Shown here piece after piece: positions 35,260 to 40,722 of a DNA stretch of 40,722 nt (position 1 is the first letter of the stretch; every line of letters begins with the position of its first letter). The stretch is from positions 1 to 40,722 of the forward strand of contig JBDGRE010000002.1 of NCBI GenBank assembly GCA_042218325.1. The letters run 5' to 3'. The notes below the pieces were generated by a model. It had not been told where the DNA came from. It did no database searches and saw only the letters and a list, made by a program, of their open reading frames with translations. The stretch comes from Candidatus Nanohaloarchaea archaeon. GTDB lineage: Archaea; Nanohalarchaeota; Nanosalinia; Nanosalinales; Nanosalinaceae. A program made the position numbers and the translations under genes.

Positions 35260-36285
35260 CTACACATCCAGGCCATCGATATCCGTGCCCGCAGATCCTT
35301 CCGGCTTTCCCGGTCTCGAAAAAATCTCCCGGCCCAGGAGACCTGAAAGCAGGATCCTCAGGTCTTCCCTCAAAACGTCTTTCCTGAGCCCGGTGTCGCT
35401 GCCGGGGTTCCAGTCACCGTTCTCGAAACGCCAGGTGTTCCTGTAGGAGGCGTATCCATCGTTCACCACCACTCCTTCACCAGGTTCCGCGGAACGGATA
35501 TCGACTCCATCCGAACCGAGAGTTTCTCTGCCGGTCATCTGCAGGCAGGTCTCCACTATATCTATCATCCTCATGCGCCGTGCGTCGATATCGACGTCGT
35601 AGAAAACAGTCGGGACACGGACGAGCTCCCGGGACATCGGATGGCCGTGCGCGTACCTCCTTCGCAGGTTCTTCCTCTCGCCCAGCAGTTCGCCGTGGTC
35701 TGACGTGAAAACCACAAGAGTATCCTCCAGTATCCCTCTCTCGGCCAGCTCCTCAAGATGGTCACGGAAATGGCTTTCCACCCCCTCCACGCCCCGCCGG
35801 TATCTATCCCTGAGCCCGTCCACGGTATCGAACGAGCGGGTGTAGTCCCCATCATGGACGTGCTCCAGCTCGTTGCCGTGGTGCACCTCATTGTACGGCG
35901 TATGAGACTCCATCGCCCTCTCCACGAAAACGAACGGCTCTTCGATATCTTTCAGCTCCGTGCCGGAGGGAAGATCTTTCAGTACGTTGCTCCTCACAGG
36001 ATCAAGCTCGTAGTCGTAGTAGCACCCGTTTTCGAACCTGTCGAACACCGTCTCGAGCGCCGGATCCAACCTGTCCTCGAAGCCTCTTACGGAGTGCTTT
36101 TCAGGGCTGACGCCGGTCAGGAGTGATGAAAATGACACCGGTGTATGCAGCCCTGCAGCGAGGGTCTGGACCGCGGTGCCTTCAGAGGCTATGCTCTCCG
36201 GCAGGTAGTCCCACCGAAGAGAGTCGGCCACGAAGATCAAGAGGTTCGTGAACTCGTTTTGCTCTCCCACGCTTTCGAGTTGCAC
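35260..36285 (-). CDS. sulfatase-like hydrolase/transferase (AlkP superfamily)
   Basis: VADSLRWD, HTPVSFSSLLTG, SHTPY, TSDHGELLGE, HGH. Confidence 0.88.
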   Translation of the reverse strand: MQLESVGEQNEFTNLLIFVADSLRWDYLPESIASEGTAVQTLAAGLHTPVSFSSLLTGVSPEKHSVRGFEDRLDPALETVFDRFENGCYYDYELDPVRSNVLKDLPSGTELKDIEEPFVFVERAMESHTPYNEVHHGNELEHVHDGDYTRSFDTVDGLRDRYRRGVEGVESHFRDHLEELAERGILEDTLVVFTSDHGELLGERKNLRRRYAHGHPMSRELVRVPTVFYDVDIDARRMRMIDIVETCLQMTGRETLGSDGVDIRSAEPGEGVVVNDGYASYRNTWRFENGDWNPGSDTGLRKDVLREDLRILLSGLLGREIFSRPGKPEGSAGTDIDGLDV

Positions 36286-36300
36286 GGCACTGTTATTTAA

Positions 36301-37335
36301 TCAACGGTTCTCTATGACCGAGAGGAACTCCTGCCTGTAACCTTCCGCCGCCCTATGCCAGGTGAAACGGTCGTTGACCGCCTCGTAGGCCGACTTCCCG
36401 AGCTCTCTTCTCAGGGAGGCATCATCCACCAGGAGCTCTACCTTCTCGAGCATCTCCGCCGCGTTCGCGGCCCTGAAGCCGTTGACACCGTGCTCGAAGT
36501 TCTCGTCGTGGACTTCCTTGTCTATCACTATCGAGGGCTTGCCGAAGAAGTTGGCTTCAAGCGGCGGTATGCCGAATCCCTCGTTGAAGCAGTTGGATAC
36601 GAAGAAACTGCACTTGCTGTAGAGCTCTGCCATCCTGTCATCGCTGACTGTTCCTTTGATCACCTCGACGCTGTCGAACCTCTCAAGCTCCTCCGGCCCG
36701 GAAAGGAGCTTTATCGGGTAGTCTACCCTCTTCGCGACGTAAGGCAGGTGCGCTATCCCGTCGGACCAGAAGATGTATCCTTCATCGTCGTCACTTATCC
36801 CTGAGCCAAGATAGTCTGCGCCGTTGTGTATCCTGACAGTCGAGGCCTTCAATCTCGACTCCACCAGGTCTCTCGACTTGTCAGATACGCAAACCACTCT
36901 CTCGTTCCCGCACATGTAACGGAAACCTCTCTTCATCAAACGGGTGCGTACGACGTGGGCGAGCTCCGGTATGCCCCGCGGAAAACGGGTCTGCGGGTTC
37001 TGGCGAAAGCTGTGGTACGTGAAAACGCTCGGGGGCCTGGAGTTAGCTACCACGCTGTTGAAGAAAAACGAATGGTTCCAGACGAGATCTGCGCCGTCCA
37101 GCCTGCGCCTGACGCTCCGCCGGTAGTAGTCGGTGCCCCACCCCGGCAGCTTCTTGTCGAAGACCTCGAACTCCACACCGTCCAGGTTCTCCCTGGCTAT
37201 ATCGGACGGCTCCGGTGTCAGGACCCTGAAATCGAACTCGCCGGAAAGCTCGGAGGTGACGGCCTGTATAACCCTCCGTATCCCGCCGAAATGAGGCCTG
37301 TCAAACGGGTGCGGTATAACGATCTCAGGCGACAT
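36301..37335 (-). CDS. GT4 family glycosyltransferase
   Basis: GGI, RIHNG, EGFGIPPLEA, FTW. Confidence 0.9.
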   Translation of the reverse strand: MSPEIVIPHPFDRPHFGGIRRVIQAVTSELSGEFDFRVLTPEPSDIARENLDGVEFEVFDKKLPGWGTDYYRRSVRRRLDGADLVWNHSFFFNSVVANSRPPSVFTYHSFRQNPQTRFPRGIPELAHVVRTRLMKRGFRYMCGNERVVCVSDKSRDLVESRLKASTVRIHNGADYLGSGISDDDEGYIFWSDGIAHLPYVAKRVDYPIKLLSGPEELERFDSVEVIKGTVSDDRMAELYSKCSFFVSNCFNEGFGIPPLEANFFGKPSIVIDKEVHDENFEHGVNGFRAANAAEMLEKVELLVDDASLRRELGKSAYEAVNDRFTWHRAAEGYRQEFLSVIENR

Positions 37336-37419
37336 AGCTCTGGTAGAGTTGCTCTCTCGAGCTTCTTAAACCGTGAGGTCGGATGAAACTGTAATAAGCT
37401 GGAGGGTCAAACAGCTGCC

Positions 37420-39006
37420 ATGGTCGACCAGAAATACCTCAACACCCTCGTAAAGGCGGCGGGATGGGGCCTAATAGGCCTGATGTTCTCGAAGGTGGTC
37501 AGCTACCTTTACCGGCTGGTGGTCGCCCGCTACATGGGCCCGGACGTTTACGGCACACTGCAGCTCGGTATAGTGGCCCTGAGCTTCGTCGGGACTGTCA
37601 CGGTCTTCTCGCTGAGCCCCGCGATAAAGACCTTCGTGCCAAAACACGTAAGGGAGGACGACTGGGCAGCGGTAAGAGGCACCGTCCTGTCCGCGCTCGC
37701 CATCACGGGAACGCTCTCGATCCTCGGCGCGGCGCTGATGTACCTCGGCGCCGGGCTGATCGCCAACCGCATATTCCAGGCCCCGCAGCTGACACCGGTC
37801 ATCCAGATCTTCGCCTTCGTAGTGCCTTTCTCCAACCTCTCCACCGTGGTGTACTCGACCATCAAGGGATTCAAGGAGGTGAAATACAACGTCTTCCTCG
37901 TAACCGTCCTGACCTCCTCCGTCCAGCTCGTGGCCACCGTGATCCTTATGCTGGTAGGTCTCGACCTGCTCGCAGCCGTCTACGGCTGGGCCGCGGGCGT
38001 CATAATACCGGTGTTCATCGGTATCTACATCCTCGAGAAAAAGATAGAGCCGGTGTTCACCCGGAACGTGAAGCCGGACATGAACTTCAGGGAGCTGACC
38101 AGCTACTCCTACCCCCTGCTCCTGTCGGGCATGATAGGCGAACTGCTGGGATGGGCTGACACGTTCCTGATAGGATACTTCATGAACGAGACCGAGGTCG
38201 GCTTCTACAACGCCGCGCTACCGACAGCGGCCATACTGATGATACCGCAGAAAGCTCTCGGCCAGCTCACTCTCGAGTCCATGTCGGAGAAGGCTCACGA
38301 CAGGGAGGCGCTTTCCGACACGCTGAAAACCCTTACACGCTGGAACACCGCGGTCGTGCTGCCGATGTTCCTCCTGATGGCGCTTTTCTCCAGGGAGGTT
38401 ATCCACCTGCTTTTCGGGAAAGAGTACCTGTCAGCGGCGGCCGCGCTCGCGTTACTGTCTTTCGGGAAGCTCTACAGCGCATCGGTCGGCTACATCGGCG
38501 ACATGCTGAAGGCCATCGAGGAAACACAGATATTCTGGAAGAACTCCGTGCTCAGCCTGGCGCTCAACCTCGGCCTGAACTCCATCCTGATACCCGGCCT
38601 CAAGATCAACGGTAGCTTCATCGTCCCCGAGCTCGGCATAACCGGCGCCGCGATCGCCACGACCTCGTCGATAATCATAATGCAGACCGTGCTGCTCGCG
38701 GAGGCGTACTACTACAAGGGCATAATCCCGTTCAACAGGAAGACCTGGAAACCTGTAGCGGCCTCCCTCGCCGCCCTGGCATTCACATACACAGCCATCC
38801 AGCTCCTCTTCCCGTCAACAACCCCTCTCTGGGTCCTGGTACCCGGCGCGGCCGCCTTCGGGCTGAGCTACGCGTTCGCATTCCTGCTGCTCGGGGGCAT
38901 CGAGGAGGAGGACAGGAACCTCATGCTCGACGCGGCCGGCAGGATCGGAAGACGCGAGGATGCCAGGAGGACGGTCGACCGCCTGGAAAAACTCGCGCTG
39001 CTCTAG
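37420..39006 (+). CDS. flippase / polysaccharide export protein (MOP/Wzx, AglR-like)
   Basis: ARYMGPDVYG, DTFLIG, VGFYNAA, GITGAAIAT; many TM helices. Confidence 0.92.
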   Translation: MVDQKYLNTLVKAAGWGLIGLMFSKVVSYLYRLVVARYMGPDVYGTLQLGIVALSFVGTVTVFSLSPAIKTFVPKHVREDDWAAVRGTVLSALAITGTLSILGAALMYLGAGLIANRIFQAPQLTPVIQIFAFVVPFSNLSTVVYSTIKGFKEVKYNVFLVTVLTSSVQLVATVILMLVGLDLLAAVYGWAAGVIIPVFIGIYILEKKIEPVFTRNVKPDMNFRELTSYSYPLLLSGMIGELLGWADTFLIGYFMNETEVGFYNAALPTAAILMIPQKALGQLTLESMSEKAHDREALSDTLKTLTRWNTAVVLPMFLLMALFSREVIHLLFGKEYLSAAAALALLSFGKLYSASVGYIGDMLKAIEETQIFWKNSVLSLALNLGLNSILIPGLKINGSFIVPELGITGAAIATTSSIIIMQTVLLAEAYYYKGIIPFNRKTWKPVAASLAALAFTYTAIQLLFPSTTPLWVLVPGAAAFGLSYAFAFLLLGGIEEEDRNLMLDAAGRIGRREDARRTVDRLEKLALL

Positions 39007-39218
39007 TCCAGGTAACCGAGGCCTCTCAGGCGCTCCTTGACCTTCTCCTCCTCTTCCTCGGAGTAACCCGAGTCTTCCTGCTGCTTCTCCCTCTTGATCT
39101 TCTCCACCACCTGCTCCAGCAGGTAGTGAACGTACTCATCGGTTTCATCAAAATCCTTCTCCTCCGCCCTGGCCTCCAGCACGGAGTAGATATCGTCGTC
39201 GATGTTCACTGAAGCCAT
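39003..39218 (-). CDS. CopG/RHH-like microprotein with LxxLGY tail
   Basis: MASVNIDDDIYSVLEARAEEKDFDETDEYVHYLL; tail EEEEKVKERLRGLGYLD; ATG at 39218. Confidence 0.85.
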   Translation of the reverse strand: MASVNIDDDIYSVLEARAEEKDFDETDEYVHYLLEQVVEKIKREKQQEDSGYSEEEEEKVKERLRGLGYLD

Positions 39219-39266
39219 CCTATCACACGCGGTTATTGGAGTCACACGGTTAAAAACAGCACGACC

Positions 39267-40628
39267 TCAGACATCGATACCCGAGACAGGGCCGAACTCC
39301 CTGTCCAGCAGGGCCTCGAGATCCGGTAGCTCAAGGCCGGCATCCTCCTCGCTGAAACCCTTTTCACCGGCCTCGAACGTGAAATCCGGGAACTCCGAGT
39401 TACGTATAAGCCCTTTCCTGCCCTCTATAACGCACCTCGACTCGTTCTCGAGGAACGGCCCGGCCTCACCAGGGAACTCGTCCCTCGAACGGTCGCTGAA
39501 ATCGAGGATGAAGGCTTCAGCACCGTGGTACTCGGCGAAAACCCTGTCCGACCCGAGCTCGTCTATCTCTTTCTCGCCGAGTATTAAGTCGTGTAGCTCC
39601 CGCAGCGACACGTTCTCCTCGATGACAGTATCCGGGACACCGTCACCCGCGATTATAATCGGCACCCGCAGCAGCTTCTCCCATATACCGAACTGGTGGT
39701 TCCACCAGCCGTAATCACCTATGAGCTCCCCGTGGTCGGAGGTTATGATGAAAACCGTGTCCCCGTCTTTCTCCATAACGCTGTTGTAGAGCTCTTCGAT
39801 ACAGGAATCCAGGTACCTGATAGATGCGTCGTAAAGATCCCGGCAGACATCAACTTTCTCCTCATCCACTCCCTCCTGGAATGTCTCGCTCCAGAAATCC
39901 ATCTCGAGAGGGACCTCTACCGCGGACTCGTAGTCGTCGACGTACTTATCCGCGAACTCGCGCGGCGGAACCCAGGGAGAGTGCACCTCCATGTAGTTCA
40001 CGAACGCGAAAAAGTCGTCCTTCCCCTCCAGCTCGTCAAGTACCAGGCCGTTCGCATCCTTCGCCCCGAAATCCTCGAACAGGCTGTCCGGGCCACCGAA
40101 CTTGCTGCCGGAGAAGAAGTACTTCAGGCCTCTCACGAAGGACCGTGGCGACCTCTCCCTCAACGCCTTCTTACCGAACTCCAGGTACTTCTCGAGGCCC
40201 TCCGCATCTGAATCCCTGGCCTGCTCAAGCGCGTCCCAGCCCCTGTTCCGGAACACGACACCTTCCTTCGAGGAAACGTAACTGTCGAAACCCCTGTCAA
40301 AGCCGAGCGTGTCGTTAAGCAGGCTGTTGGTCGACACGCCGAGAGTGAAGCATCCTTCCCGGGACAGCTCCTCCACGAAAGAATCCTCCGTGAACCTCAT
40401 GCTCCTCGACGTTGTGCCGTGATCCCTCGGCAGCTCCCCAGAGAACATCGACGCGTGCGCCGGCACCGTCCACGGCGCGTTCGCATAACCGTACTCCACG
40501 TACGTGTACTCCTCCGACAGGCCCGACAGGAACGGCGCCGTCTCCCTCTCGTGGCCGTGGAAGGGCAAATGGAACGCCGATAGCGTGTCCGCCACCACCA
40601 AGACGATATTTTTACCCTCCAACACCAT
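39267..40628 (-). CDS. sulfatase-like hydrolase/transferase (AlkP superfamily)
   Basis: VADTL, APWTVPAHASMFSG, EVHSPW, TSDHGE, NHQ; ATG at 40628. Confidence 0.92.
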   Translation of the reverse strand: MVLEGKNIVLVVADTLSAFHLPFHGHERETAPFLSGLSEEYTYVEYGYANAPWTVPAHASMFSGELPRDHGTTSRSMRFTEDSFVEELSREGCFTLGVSTNSLLNDTLGFDRGFDSYVSSKEGVVFRNRGWDALEQARDSDAEGLEKYLEFGKKALRERSPRSFVRGLKYFFSGSKFGGPDSLFEDFGAKDANGLVLDELEGKDDFFAFVNYMEVHSPWVPPREFADKYVDDYESAVEVPLEMDFWSETFQEGVDEEKVDVCRDLYDASIRYLDSCIEELYNSVMEKDGDTVFIITSDHGELIGDYGWWNHQFGIWEKLLRVPIIIAGDGVPDTVIEENVSLRELHDLILGEKEIDELGSDRVFAEYHGAEAFILDFSDRSRDEFPGEAGPFLENESRCVIEGRKGLIRNSEFPDFTFEAGEKGFSEEDAGLELPDLEALLDREFGPVSGIDV

Positions 40629-40722
40629 GCACAAGAATAGCTTGGAAGCTTTTAGAGCTTCAGCCAATTCAGGATTTCTCGACCAACTCCATAATCTTAT
40701 CATGGAAATCAGTTATATGCGG

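Overview
Archaeal chromosomal window with acidic proteins, tightly packed genes and TATA boxes close to start codons. It is most consistent with a halophilic DPANN/Nanohaloarchaeota-type genome (inference from composition and gene content only). Bases 1-3420 are an A-rich, lower-GC accessory segment next to the 3' end of a tRNA-Ser(GCT). It appears to consist of two integrase-free gene cassettes, one with a Zn-finger microprotein, membrane proteins and HtrA, the other with an S66/MccF-like peptidase. An 89-bp direct repeat containing the tRNA 3' end closes each cassette, and both cassettes share a 15-nt motif near their left ends. Bases 3600-13560 hold housekeeping genes (PRC-barrel, SAMP, OGG glycosylase, NAC, secF/secD, transporters). 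Bases 13640-40722 are a large N-glycosylation/surface-glycan locus (aglB, AglH/GPT-like transferase, GT-C, GT2, GT4, flippases, two epimerases). Within it are six AlkP-superfamily sulfatase/phosphodiesterase-like genes, a CysD-like protein, two RHH-like microproteins sharing an LxxLGY tail with other locus proteins, a probable glucosylglycerate synthesis/hydrolysis set, an RHH fused to a degenerate nucleotidyltransferase, msrB, and a low-GC free-standing LAGLIDADG endonuclease beside an altered cysD-like 3' end. All calls come from reading motifs by eye; no searches were run.
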